50,368 bases of DNA, taken from contig CAZHLU010000001.1 of NCBI GenBank assembly GCA_964533435.1, positions 1 to 50,368 of the forward strand, written 5' to 3'. This DNA comes from an uncultured Gammaproteobacteria bacterium. GTDB taxonomy: Bacteria > Patescibacteriota > Patescibacteriia > UBA1558 > GWA2-36-10. The notes beneath the pieces were generated by a model. It worked only from the letters and a program-made list of their open reading frames with translations, was not told the DNA's origin and made no database searches. The position numbers and the translations under genes were made by a program. Of the stretch, positions 6,098 to 15,861 are shown piece after piece; position 1 is the first letter of the stretch, and each line of letters opens with the position of its first letter.

Positions 6098-9007
6098 ATG
6101 CCAATACCTCAACTTAAATCAATGCGAGACAATAATGAATCAGGATCTAGCTTTAGTTCCCGCCCTTTGGGCCAGGGTAAAAAGAGTAGGTTTTTAAAAC
6201 CAAGACTATTTTTTGCCCAAAGGCCAAAAAATAGCAAACCTAAAAAAGGTCGCTTATTTAAGCGTTTGTTGCCAACTTTTTTATATTTATGTTTGATTGG
6301 TGGCATTTTTTTAATCGGGCTGATTGCTTATTATTCTAGTGGTTTACCTGAACCAGGAAAAATTATGGATCGTTCGGTGCCATTAAGCACCAAGATTTAT
6401 GATAGCAAGGGTGAGACTATATTATATGAAGTCCACGGCTCAGAGCAACGTACTTTGATCGATATTAATACCTTGCCTAAGTATGTTATTAATGCCACCA
6501 TTGCTGTAGAAGATAAAGATTTTTATAATCACTCCGGAATTTCCATTCGGGGTATTATCAGAGGTGTTTTTAAACAATTGTTAATGGGAGAAAGAGTCCA
6601 AGGTGGATCTACACTTACTCAACAGTTTGTTAAAAATGCGATCTTAACAGATGAACGCCGTGTATCTCGAAAAATAAAAGAATGGGTTTTGTCTTATCGC
6701 ATTGAAAAAAAATATAGTAAGCAAGAAATTTTAGGATTTTATTTTAATGAAATACCTTATGGTAGTTCCGCTTATGGTGTTGAATCAGCAGCTCATTATT
6801 ATTTTGATAAAGCCGCCAAAGATCTTACTTTAGCTCAAGCTACAATTTTAGCGGCTTTACCACAAGCACCTAGTTATTATTCACCTTATGGTAGTCATAA
6901 GGACGCTTTGATTGGTAGACAACGCTTGGTTTTAAAATTAATGGTTGAGCAGGGCTATATTACTCAAGAGGAAGCAGATCAAGCTAAGCAGGAAGAATTA
7001 ACTTTTAAAAAACGAGCTGAAAATATCAAGGCCCCGCATTTTGTGATGTATGTTAAAGAATTATTAGAACAAGAATACGGAGTTTTAAATGTTGAACAAG
7101 GTGGTTGGAAAATTATTACTTCCTTAGATTGGGACTTGCAGCAGCAAGCTGAAAAAGCCATACTCGAACAAGTAGAAAAAAATAAAGAAAAGTATGACGC
7201 CGGAAATGCCGCTCTAGTTGCTATTGATGTAAATACCGGTCAAGTTAAGGCCATGGTTGGCTCTAAGGATTATTTTGATGATGATATTGATGGTCAGGTA
7301 AATGTAGCTGTGGCTCCTCGTCAGCCTGGTAGTTCTCTAAAGCCATTTGTGTATTTAACAGCTTTCACTAGGGGTTTTCGTCCTGATACTATTTTGTTTG
7401 ATTTAAAAACTAAGTTTGGTATTAAATCGGACGGCACGCCTTATGAGCCACAAAACTATGACGGCGCTGAACATGGTCCAGTGACTATGCGTCAGGCTCT
7501 GGCTGGCTCTTTAAATATTCCAGCTGTTAAAACTTTGTATTTAGCTGGTCCTAATAATGTTTTAAAAACTGTATCCGATTTTGGCTATACTACTTTTAAA
7601 GCAGATAATCCTTGCGGTTTGTCTTTAGTTTTAGGTTGTGCTGAAGTTAAATTATTAGAGCATGCTAATGCTTATGCAGCCTTGGCTCGCGAAGGTGTTT
7701 ATCAGGATAGCATCTCTATCTTAAAAGTAGAGGATGCCAAAGGTAAGGTAATTAAAGAAAATAATGATGTAAAAGGTCGTCGTGTAATGGACAAGAAATA
7801 TGTTCATATGCTTACTGACGTTATGTCTGATAATTCAGCACGTGCTTATATTTTTGGAGAAAATAATTATTTGACTTTAGGTGATAGACCCGTAGCTGCT
7901 AAAACTGGTACTACTAATGATTATCATGATGCTTGGACAATGGGTTTTACGCCTGATTTGGCAGTTGGTGTCTGGGTTGGTAATAGTAATAATAAGGCTA
8001 TGAAAAAAGGAGCCGATGGTTCAGTGGTAGCAGCTCCAATTTGGAATAAGTTTATGCGGGAAGCAACTGCTAAAATGCCAGTAAGTGATTTTAAAAAAGA
8101 AGCACTTGAATCTTGTGATAAGCCAATGGTGTGCGGTACCTTAGGCAAAGAAACCATTGTTAAAGTTAATAAACAAAATGGTAAATTAGCAAGTGAATAT
8201 ACGCCTTATACCTTGATTGAAGAACGAAAATATAATGAAGTGCATAATATTTTACATTATGTAAATACCAATGATCCAATGGGTGCGCCACTTGATAATC
8301 CAAGTTCTGATCCGCAGTATGCTTCTTGGGAAGCACCAGTAAAAGTTTGGGCAGAAAAAGAAGGTTATATTAATAGTCAGCCACCAACGGAAGTTGATGA
8401 TGGTTTTACAGCAGCTAATCAGCCTAGCATTTCTTGGCTCAGTCCTAGTGCTGGCCAGGCTTTAAATCAGGTGCCAATTAATTTAAGTGTTCAAGCTAGT
8501 GGCCCTAATGGCATTGCAAGAGTAGAATATTTTATTGATCAGCAAAAAATTGGAGAGAGTTTTGCAAGTCCTTATAGTTTATCTTGGACACCGAATTCTT
8601 TTATTGCCAATGGTCAACATAATTTACGAGCCATTGCTTTTGATAGTAGTGAGAATTTTAAAGAAACAATTATTAATATTGATTTGCAGATTGCTAGTAA
8701 TAATCGTTCTTATGATTTGAAATTTGTAGAACCAGTAAGTCAAAGTACAATAGAATCAAGCTCCTTGCCAGTCAATATTAAATTATCTTTAGATAGACCA
8801 AGTGCAGTTAAAAAAATTGATTTCTACTATCAGTTTAATGGTGGTTCATCACAATGGTTTAACTATTTGGAAAATCCTAGTGATACTAATCTAGTGGTTT
8901 CCTGGGGCCAGGGTTTAGCCAAAGGCAATTATCAGCTATACATGATAGTGCTTGATAGTTCTGGTCAAACAGCTACTTCACCAGTTTTAAATCTAACGAT
9001 TCAATAA
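6098..9007 (+). CDS. penicillin-binding protein 1A (bifunctional transglycosylase/transpeptidase) with C-terminal Ig-like extension
   Basis: 969 aa. EDKDFYNHSGI and RKIKE (GT51 motifs), SSLKP (SxxK) and KTGTT. N-terminal TM anchor. Confidence 0.9.
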   Translation: MPIPQLKSMRDNNESGSSFSSRPLGQGKKSRFLKPRLFFAQRPKNSKPKKGRLFKRLLPTFLYLCLIGGIFLIGLIAYYSSGLPEPGKIMDRSVPLSTKIYDSKGETILYEVHGSEQRTLIDINTLPKYVINATIAVEDKDFYNHSGISIRGIIRGVFKQLLMGERVQGGSTLTQQFVKNAILTDERRVSRKIKEWVLSYRIEKKYSKQEILGFYFNEIPYGSSAYGVESAAHYYFDKAAKDLTLAQATILAALPQAPSYYSPYGSHKDALIGRQRLVLKLMVEQGYITQEEADQAKQEELTFKKRAENIKAPHFVMYVKELLEQEYGVLNVEQGGWKIITSLDWDLQQQAEKAILEQVEKNKEKYDAGNAALVAIDVNTGQVKAMVGSKDYFDDDIDGQVNVAVAPRQPGSSLKPFVYLTAFTRGFRPDTILFDLKTKFGIKSDGTPYEPQNYDGAEHGPVTMRQALAGSLNIPAVKTLYLAGPNNVLKTVSDFGYTTFKADNPCGLSLVLGCAEVKLLEHANAYAALAREGVYQDSISILKVEDAKGKVIKENNDVKGRRVMDKKYVHMLTDVMSDNSARAYIFGENNYLTLGDRPVAAKTGTTNDYHDAWTMGFTPDLAVGVWVGNSNNKAMKKGADGSVVAAPIWNKFMREATAKMPVSDFKKEALESCDKPMVCGTLGKETIVKVNKQNGKLASEYTPYTLIEERKYNEVHNILHYVNTNDPMGAPLDNPSSDPQYASWEAPVKVWAEKEGYINSQPPTEVDDGFTAANQPSISWLSPSAGQALNQVPINLSVQASGPNGIARVEYFIDQQKIGESFASPYSLSWTPNSFIANGQHNLRAIAFDSSENFKETIINIDLQIASNNRSYDLKFVEPVSQSTIESSSLPVNIKLSLDRPSAVKKIDFYYQFNGGSSQWFNYLENPSDTNLVVSWGQGLAKGNYQLYMIVLDSSGQTATSPVLNLTIQ

Positions 9008-9079
9008 TAATTTAGCCCCGCAGTAGCGGGGCTTTTTATGCTTGCCAAAAGGCACAAAAAACAGTATGATAATTTAATT

Positions 9080-11044
9080 ATGGATTTTAAATTAGTTTCT
9101 AAATTCAAGCCCGCTGGCGATCAGGAACAAGCTATTAAAAGTTTAGTAGCTGGTTTAAAATCGGGCTATAAAGAGCAGACATTGTTGGGCGTTACTGGCT
9201 CCGGCAAAACTTTTACTATGGCCAATGTCATTAATCAGGTGCAACGGCCAACTTTAGTAATATCTCATAATAAAACTTTAGCTGCGCAACTGGCTTCTGA
9301 GTTTCAAGATTTTTTTCCAGATAATGCTGTACATTATTTTGTATCTTATTATGACTATTATCAACCAGAGGCTTATTTGCCAGCTTCGGATACTTATATC
9401 GAAAAAGAAACACAGATTAATCAAGAAATTGATCGTTTGCGTCATGCTAGTACACAGAGTCTACTAACTCGACGCGATGTTTTGATTGTCGCTTCGGTTT
9501 CTTGTATTTATAACCTAGGTAATCCAGCAGCCTATCAAGAATTTAAAATTGATTTAAGTGTTGGCAGAGAATATAATCGTTTTAAATTATTAAAAAATTT
9601 AAATAATTTACAATACAGTCGCAATGACTTAGTTTTAAGTAGGGGCAACTTTACAGTTAAGGGTGAAATTATTGAAATCTTTGCTTCTGGAGAGGAACAC
9701 GAGTTTTATCGCCTTAGTTTTTTTGGTGAAAAGTTAGAGAGTATTGAACTGATAAATATTTTTAGTCATCAAGTAGTAGCTTCTCTTGCTCAAGCTTATA
9801 TTTTTCCGGCCAAACATTTTATTGCTCAGCCAGAAGATGTTAAGGGGATTTTAGACAATATTCACCAGGATGCAGATAAAGAAGTAGCGGCCATGAAAAA
9901 ACAAGGAAAGATTTTAGAAGCCGAACGTCTAAAAATCAGGGTTAATAATGATTTAGAAATGATTCAAGAAACCGGTTATTGTAATGGTATTGAAAATTAT
10001 TCTCGTTATTTTGATGGACGTAAAGTAGGTGATCCACCGAATAGTTTACTTGATTATTTTCCAGATGATTTTCTATTGATGATTGATGAATCGCATATGA
10101 CCTTGCCTCAAATTTCTGGTATGTACAACGGTGATAAGGCGCGTAAAGCAAATTTAATTGACTTTGGTTTTAGGTTAAAAGCTTCTTATGATAATCGTCC
10201 TTTAACTTTTCAGGAGTTTGAAAATAATATTAAGCAAGTAATTTATATGTCGGCTACACCAGCTGAATATGAGCTTACTCGCTCTCAAAATATTGTTGAG
10301 CAATTGATTCGGCCTACTTATATTTTAGATCCTAGCGTAGAAATCAGAAAAACCGCTGGTCAACTTGATGATTTGGTAAAAGAAGTAAAAGCCGTAGTTG
10401 CCAAAAAACAAAGGGTTTTAATTACAACTTTAACCAAGCGTTTATCTGAAGATTTAACAGAAATATTACTGGCTAAAGATATTAAAGTACAATACTTGCA
10501 TTCAGAAGTTAAGACTCTAGATCGGATTCAAATCTTACATGATTTACGCAGCGGTAAATATGATGTTTTGATTGGTGTTAATTTGTTGCGCGAAGGTTTA
10601 GATTTGCCAGAAGTTTCCTTGGTGGCTATTTTGGATGCTGACAAAGAGGGTTTTTTGCGTTCACGATCTTCAATGATACAGGTAATGGGCAGAGCTGCTC
10701 GTCATCAAGATGGTCGGGTCATTATGTATGCTGATAAAATAACCGGCTCAATGCAAGCAGCTATTGCCGAAACTGAGCGTCGCCGTAAATTACAGTCTCA
10801 ATATAATCAAGAACACGGAGTAAAGCCCCAGTCAGTGAGTAAGAGTCTAAAAGACGTCAGCTTAAAAGAATTAGACAAACAAGCTAATTTTAGTGATCAG
10901 ATTAAAAATTTGGATAAAAAAGCCAAGGCAATTTTAGTCAAAGACTTAAAACAGGAAATGGAGTTAGCAGCGGATAATTGGGAATTTGAAAAAGCTATTG
11001 AACTTAGGGATAAATTAAATATTTTGACGGCTAAAAATAAATAA
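9080..11044 (+). CDS. uvrB: excinuclease ABC subunit B
   Basis: GVTGSGKTFTMA Walker A, helicase motifs and a C-terminal UVR motif (EFEKAIELRDKL). Start placed at MDFKLVS, which matches the usual UvrB N-terminus; the ORF is open from 9038. Confidence 0.9.
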   Translation: MDFKLVSKFKPAGDQEQAIKSLVAGLKSGYKEQTLLGVTGSGKTFTMANVINQVQRPTLVISHNKTLAAQLASEFQDFFPDNAVHYFVSYYDYYQPEAYLPASDTYIEKETQINQEIDRLRHASTQSLLTRRDVLIVASVSCIYNLGNPAAYQEFKIDLSVGREYNRFKLLKNLNNLQYSRNDLVLSRGNFTVKGEIIEIFASGEEHEFYRLSFFGEKLESIELINIFSHQVVASLAQAYIFPAKHFIAQPEDVKGILDNIHQDADKEVAAMKKQGKILEAERLKIRVNNDLEMIQETGYCNGIENYSRYFDGRKVGDPPNSLLDYFPDDFLLMIDESHMTLPQISGMYNGDKARKANLIDFGFRLKASYDNRPLTFQEFENNIKQVIYMSATPAEYELTRSQNIVEQLIRPTYILDPSVEIRKTAGQLDDLVKEVKAVVAKKQRVLITTLTKRLSEDLTEILLAKDIKVQYLHSEVKTLDRIQILHDLRSGKYDVLIGVNLLREGLDLPEVSLVAILDADKEGFLRSRSSMIQVMGRAARHQDGRVIMYADKITGSMQAAIAETERRRKLQSQYNQEHGVKPQSVSKSLKDVSLKELDKQANFSDQIKNLDKKAKAILVKDLKQEMELAADNWEFEKAIELRDKLNILTAKNK

Positions 11045-11045
11045 G

Positions 11046-11813
11046 ATGTCAGTAGCGGATTTTTTAAATAATTTTTCTAAAGAGAAGTTGGAAAATATTT
11101 ATAATGATCCAAGGGCAGCTTTTTATTTGGTGAATAAGTCAAAAGGCCAACACTCATTTAAAATTGTAGCTACTCTGCGCCAGCTTTTGGGTATTAAAAA
11201 AGTTGGTTTTGCCGGTACCTTAGACCCATTAGCCTCTGGTTTGATGATAATAGCTGCAGGGCCCGCTACTAAATTATTAGATCTATTTCATCTGCTACCT
11301 AAGACTTATCAAGTTAGTATAGTTTTTGGGCAAACTTCAGCTAGTTTTGATTTAGAACAAGATGTAATAATAAATTCCAATGCCAAAGAATTTACTAGAG
11401 AGGATCTAGATAAATATTTAAATAATTTTTTAGGTAAACAAGAACAAGTAGTGCCAATTTATTCAGCTAAAAAAGTAGCTGGTAAAAAATTACATGAGTT
11501 AGCCAGGCTTGGGCAGACTTTAGAAAATTTGCCCAAGAATAAAATTGAAATTTATAGTTTAAAAGTTTTATCTTTTTCTTATCCAAATTTAGATTTAGAG
11601 GTCAGCTGTTCGGCCGGTACTTATATTCGTAGTTTGGTAAGTGATTTGGGTCATTTAAGTAAAAACGGCGCCGTTATGTCTGATTTAAAAAGAACTGAAA
11701 TTGGCCCCTGCTATTTAAATCAAGCTATTGATATGAAAGATTTATCAGTTATTGAAATAAAAAAACAAGCCTTAAGTGTTAAAGAGATGCTTGCTTCTTT
11801 GTCTAAATTTTAG
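11046..11813 (+). CDS. truB: tRNA pseudouridine(55) synthase
   Basis: 255 aa with the GTLDPLASGLM catalytic-Asp motif. Confidence 0.85.
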   Translation: MSVADFLNNFSKEKLENIYNDPRAAFYLVNKSKGQHSFKIVATLRQLLGIKKVGFAGTLDPLASGLMIIAAGPATKLLDLFHLLPKTYQVSIVFGQTSASFDLEQDVIINSNAKEFTREDLDKYLNNFLGKQEQVVPIYSAKKVAGKKLHELARLGQTLENLPKNKIEIYSLKVLSFSYPNLDLEVSCSAGTYIRSLVSDLGHLSKNGAVMSDLKRTEIGPCYLNQAIDMKDLSVIEIKKQALSVKEMLASLSKF

Positions 11814-11874
11814 TTAGTTTTTATTTGTGAGCTTAACTATCAGTGCCTTTAATTTGGTCACTGATTTTTTTTAA
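11761..11874. repeat. direct repeat copy 1 (truB 3' end plus intergenic region plus relic of the convergent gene's 3' end)
   Basis: About 113 bp, near-identical to 14164-14276 except for a 13-nt variable block and one extra T in a T-run. Confidence 0.85.
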
Positions 11875-12622
11875 TATTTTTTAAGTAATTTTCAGCTTTT
11901 AGTGATACATCCCAAATTATTTCAAAAATGGAATGGAAGACTTCGGCCAGTGTTGAATCACTGATGATTAATAAGTATCTATGTTCGAATGAGTAAAGGG
12001 CAACATTATTTTCCCATAGGGATAAATCGTAGTTAAAATGGTGTCCGCGGGGCATAACACGCATTTGTATGCGCATTTTTTTTGAATTATTTAGTAGATT
12101 CAAATTAACGTCATCGTGTGAAATTAATCCACGGGTTTTTTGAAATTTATCAATACTGAATCTTTTTTCCAAAGTTTCAAAAAGATTTGGGAAGTGTTCT
12201 AGCCATTTAACATGATTAGATATAAAGTCATTTTTTTTTGCATACCCGATTTCTTCTAACCAGACTTTTTCCATGTCTTCGCGATGATCATAATATCTAA
12301 TCACGGGTTTATCTTTTGGTTGATGTGTAAAAGATTTAAGTAAAGGTAAAATTTCTAAAGCAGTCTGTTCTTGCTCTCTAATATGACGTAAAAAGCGACT
12401 AGGCGGATCCGCATTATAAAAAGTTTTTTTACCCTTAAAGGTTAATCCGGCTAGTTGTTTCCGTCTTAATTCTTCTAATACTAAATAAACAGTTGGCCTT
12501 TTTAAGCCCGTTTTGTTGGCAATAGCTAAAGGAGTTGTTTTACCTAACTCTAATAAAGTAAGATAAACTTTGGCTTCTCGCTCGGTTAAATTTAATTTTT
12601 GTAGATTTTTAATAATATCCAT
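11858..12622 (-). CDS. TrmB-family transcriptional regulator
   Basis: 254 aa. N-terminal wHTH LTEREAKVYLTLLELGKTTPLAIANKTGLKRPTVYLVLEEL is typical of TrmB (PF01978). The stop codon lies inside the direct repeat. Confidence 0.75.
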   Translation of the reverse strand: MDIIKNLQKLNLTEREAKVYLTLLELGKTTPLAIANKTGLKRPTVYLVLEELRRKQLAGLTFKGKKTFYNADPPSRFLRHIREQEQTALEILPLLKSFTHQPKDKPVIRYYDHREDMEKVWLEEIGYAKKNDFISNHVKWLEHFPNLFETLEKRFSIDKFQKTRGLISHDDVNLNLLNNSKKMRIQMRVMPRGHHFNYDLSLWENNVALYSFEHRYLLIISDSTLAEVFHSIFEIIWDVSLKAENYLKNIKKNQ

Positions 12623-12825
12623 ATTCTTAATATACGATAAAATAAAAAAATGTCAAGAATTATAACATAATTTTTAAATTTTATATATTTTTGGCTAATA
12701 TTAGAGAATAAAAAGCTATTTTACTATTTTAAATAGTGACAATTTTTAGATATAAGATAATCTTAAATTAAGACAGTACTTTAAAAATTAATTTATTGGC
12801 CTTAAATTGTGAATAGAGGTGCGTT

Positions 12826-13092
12826 ATGAATAAGAATACTGCGTTAGCCCCAGTTTGTTTAAATGTGATTTGCGGTATTTATAATTGCCCACACTATCCT
12901 AATTTGAGCAAGACGACAGCTAATATTTATTGGCAAATACCACCTTGTCATATTGATATGGCTCATTCCTATTGTGCTGTATTTAAGGTTAATAGTGGTC
13001 ATTGTGGAGAGTGTGGCATTATTGTTTGTCAGCAAAATAATTTGCTTGACAACACGATGACACAAATTGCAGAGGAAGGGGAAAAGCCATGA
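12826..13092 (+). CDS. Cys-rich 88-aa protein, unknown function
   Basis: AGAGGTG SD 5 nt upstream. 8 Cys including HCGECGIIVC. Stop overlaps the protease start (ATGA). Confidence 0.45.
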   Translation: MNKNTALAPVCLNVICGIYNCPHYPNLSKTTANIYWQIPPCHIDMAHSYCAVFKVNSGHCGECGIIVCQQNNLLDNTMTQIAEEGEKP

Positions 13093-14069
13093 AGAAATTC
13101 GTGACTTGTGTGCTAGTTGTGCTAGCGAGTTGTTTGCTGGTATTAGGGTGTGATCGACAAGCAGGCGATCCTGTTAATCCGGATTTGCTTGATGGTAGTG
13201 ACGGGTTTAGTGATTTTAATCCAGTGGATGTTGATAGTCAGTATACGCAGGATGAGCTTGATAGCATGTTTGCTGATACTATCAGGGAAGACAATTATTC
13301 ATCTTTGACAATTTCTGACTATTTGGCAGCCGAAAAGATGATGATTACTGATTTTCCGGACAAGGCTTTGAATTTGCGAGGAAGGACAGTGATTAGCAAT
13401 ACGACTTCTTCGCCGGCGCGTTTTGTTGGCATTATTACCTCTTTTTGGCCTAATGGTAGGATGACCACTGGTAGTGGTTATATGGTTGGGTCTAAGCATG
13501 TGTTGACTGCTGGTCACAACGTTTATTTCGCCCAATTTGGTGGTTATGCTCGCGCTATTCTTTTTTCACCTGGTCTTAATAGGGATGTTTTTCCTTATGG
13601 CACGTCTAATGTAAACGCTAGTCGTACGCCACGAGCTTGGATTACTAGTGCAAATAAAGAAGCAGATGTCAGTGTTTTGCGTTTGCAACATTCCCTTGGT
13701 TATAGAACTGGTTGGATTTATCTGGAAGCGTGGTATAGTAGCGATACAAGTTCCAGGAGCTGTAGAATGAATGGTTATGATGGTGATGCTTTCTCTTATT
13801 ATGGTAAGCCAGTACAAATGACTCGGTCTGGGACCGCTGATGTTTTGAAAGATTGGGCATTTAGAGCTACTAATAGGTATGCTGCTAATTTTTATGCTCC
13901 TGCTGGTTCTAGCGGTGGTTTGCTTTGGCGCGTAGCCTCAGGAGGTACTCCAGTTGCTATCGGCGTCAGTACTGATGGAAATGCTTTTGGACTTTCCCGT
14001 TCTCAAGGTGTGCGAATGACTCCTGCCTTGACCGATTTGGTCAGAGCATTTAAGGCTGATTATCCGTAA
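13089..14069 (+). CDS. secreted lipoprotein, trypsin-like (V8/Glu-specific-like) serine protease
   Basis: Lipobox LVLGC. Catalytic triad context TAGHNV (His), EADVSVLRL (Asp), GSSGG (Ser). G+C above the neighbours. Terminator hairpin at 14081-14115. Confidence 0.8.
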   Translation: MKKFVTCVLVVLASCLLVLGCDRQAGDPVNPDLLDGSDGFSDFNPVDVDSQYTQDELDSMFADTIREDNYSSLTISDYLAAEKMMITDFPDKALNLRGRTVISNTTSSPARFVGIITSFWPNGRMTTGSGYMVGSKHVLTAGHNVYFAQFGGYARAILFSPGLNRDVFPYGTSNVNASRTPRAWITSANKEADVSVLRLQHSLGYRTGWIYLEAWYSSDTSSRSCRMNGYDGDAFSYYGKPVQMTRSGTADVLKDWAFRATNRYAANFYAPAGSSGGLLWRVASGGTPVAIGVSTDGNAFGLSRSQGVRMTPALTDLVRAFKADYP

Positions 14070-14163
14070 TTACATTTTTGGGATCCAGTGTATTTATGCA
14101 TTGGATCCCTTTTTGTATAGTTGTTATTTTTTTATTTTATCTGAGGAATATAAATTTTTTTCT

Positions 14164-14276
14164 AAAAACAAGCCTTAAGTGTTAAAGAGATGCTTGCTTC
14201 TTTGTCTAAATTTTAGTTAGTTTTTATTGGCAAGTTTAATTATCAGTGCCTTTAATTTGGTCGCTGATTTTTTTAA
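14164..14276. repeat. direct repeat copy 2
   Basis: Duplicates the last ~50 bp of truB (no truB body upstream) plus the intergenic region. Overlaps the genuine 3' end of the 14236-14487 gene. Confidence 0.85.
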
Positions 14277-14487
14277 CAGCGTCATGTTCTATGTGTCCAG
14301 CATCGGCTAGTTTGTGTAAATGACCGATAAATTCAGTATGACTCATCTCTGCGTGCCCAAAATGAATACCTAAAGATTCAGAGGCCTTATTTAAGTGCTC
14401 TAAAGCTTGTTGAGAATCAAAGGCATGGGGTACTAATTCTTTAGCAAAATGTAATTGTTCACTACCAGTGATGTGTGTATTTAGCAT
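14236..14487 (-). CDS. His-rich hypothetical protein
   Basis: 83-aa ORF with native composition. No family recognised. Confidence 0.5.
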   Translation of the reverse strand: MLNTHITGSEQLHFAKELVPHAFDSQQALEHLNKASESLGIHFGHAEMSHTEFIGHLHKLADAGHIEHDAVKKISDQIKGTDN

Positions 14488-14567
14488 TGTTAGGACTTGA
14501 CTTAATTATTAATTTATGTTAATATTTTTTGGTCTTTATAATATAATTTTAATCTAAATTCAGTATT

Positions 14568-14849
14568 ATGCCAAATAAGAAAGCTGCTATTAAGCACTTA
14601 CGCCAGACCAAAAAAAGAACTTTAGTTAATGCTATTGTTAAAAGGCGTATCAAAAATTTAGTAAAACAAGGCCAAAAAGCTATTGCTGATGGTTCTATTA
14701 AAGAAAAACATCAGGCTTTAAGTCATGATTTACAAAAAACCGTAGATAAGGCTGTTAAAAAAGGTTTAATTAAACCTAATGCTGGTAACCGTAAAAAGGC
14801 TAGATTTATGAAAAGTATTAATAAATCTTTAGCTAGTAGTAAGAAATAA
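14568..14849 (+). CDS. rpsT: 30S ribosomal protein S20
   Basis: MPNKKAAIKHLRQTKKRT..., basic, 93 aa. TTGACT-17-TAATAT promoter upstream. Confidence 0.9.
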   Translation: MPNKKAAIKHLRQTKKRTLVNAIVKRRIKNLVKQGQKAIADGSIKEKHQALSHDLQKTVDKAVKKGLIKPNAGNRKKARFMKSINKSLASSKK

Positions 14850-14909
14850 TTTTTGCTTTATTTTATCTTAAAATAATACAGCCCTGCACCGTACGGTGCA
14901 GGGCTGTAT

Positions 14910-15860
14910 TTATATTTGGCCAATAATTTTAACAAAGAGTAATTGGGGGTCTAGACTACTGGTTTTAAGTTTAGTATCCAGGATTAATAATTGTTGGTAG
15001 ATATTTTTTAGTTGTTCTAGGCTATAGTTGCGAGTTTGTTTAAAAGTTTTTTCTGCTAGCCAAGGCTGTATTTTTAAGGCCTGCGCTAAGGCGCCGGGGT
15101 AATCAGCTTGTTTAGTAATTAATTTAGCTTTTAGTAGTAAACGATATTGACGGATGATCATGCTTAATAAATATTGAGGATTGGCACCACTATTCATTTG
15201 CTCGTTTAAAAGTTGTAGTGCTAGAGCCTTGTCTTGATTGCCTAGGGCATCAATAAAGTTAAAGATATTTTCATCTAGTTTAGCGTTTACGAGCTCTTTA
15301 ACAGTATTTTCTTCAATATCAGTTTGGCTGTAGTTTGTTAATTTATTTATTTCTTGACTTAAAGCCCATAAGTCATTACCAACATAAGCAATTAATAAAC
15401 GGATAGCTTGAGGGCTAATATTTTTTTTATTTTTTTGACATTGTTTTTTTACCCAAATTTCTAGTTGGCTGCTAGAAAGTTTGGCAAACTCTTCAACATA
15501 TTTAAAAGTTTTTAATTTTTTATAAAGTTTAAGTCTGGCATCAGGCTTATTTGTTTCCCAAAAAATTAAGTAATTTTCTTCTGGGCTATCATTTTGTTTT
15601 TGTAAAAAATTAAGCAGAGCATCTTGCCAACTGGCTAGCTTTTTATTACTAAAAATATTTTTAATAATAATCAATTTTTTACTAGCCAAAAATCCAGTCA
15701 CCGAAATAGCCTGAAAAAAATCGTCAGCTTTAATAGCTTCACCATCAAGATGAAGGATATTATGTCCGCCCGGATCAATTTCGCTTTTAAATTTTTTGGC
15801 AATAGCATCAATTTTATTTTTAGCTAGCCAAGAATTTTCGCCGTAGTAAAAGAATATCAT
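14910..15860 (-). CDS. holA: DNA polymerase III subunit delta
   Basis: 316 aa. N-terminal FYYGENSWL and overall HolA-like pattern. Adjacent to polA. Confidence 0.7.
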   Translation of the reverse strand: MIFFYYGENSWLAKNKIDAIAKKFKSEIDPGGHNILHLDGEAIKADDFFQAISVTGFLASKKLIIIKNIFSNKKLASWQDALLNFLQKQNDSPEENYLIFWETNKPDARLKLYKKLKTFKYVEEFAKLSSSQLEIWVKKQCQKNKKNISPQAIRLLIAYVGNDLWALSQEINKLTNYSQTDIEENTVKELVNAKLDENIFNFIDALGNQDKALALQLLNEQMNSGANPQYLLSMIIRQYRLLLKAKLITKQADYPGALAQALKIQPWLAEKTFKQTRNYSLEQLKNIYQQLLILDTKLKTSSLDPQLLFVKIIGQI

Positions 15861-15861
15861 G

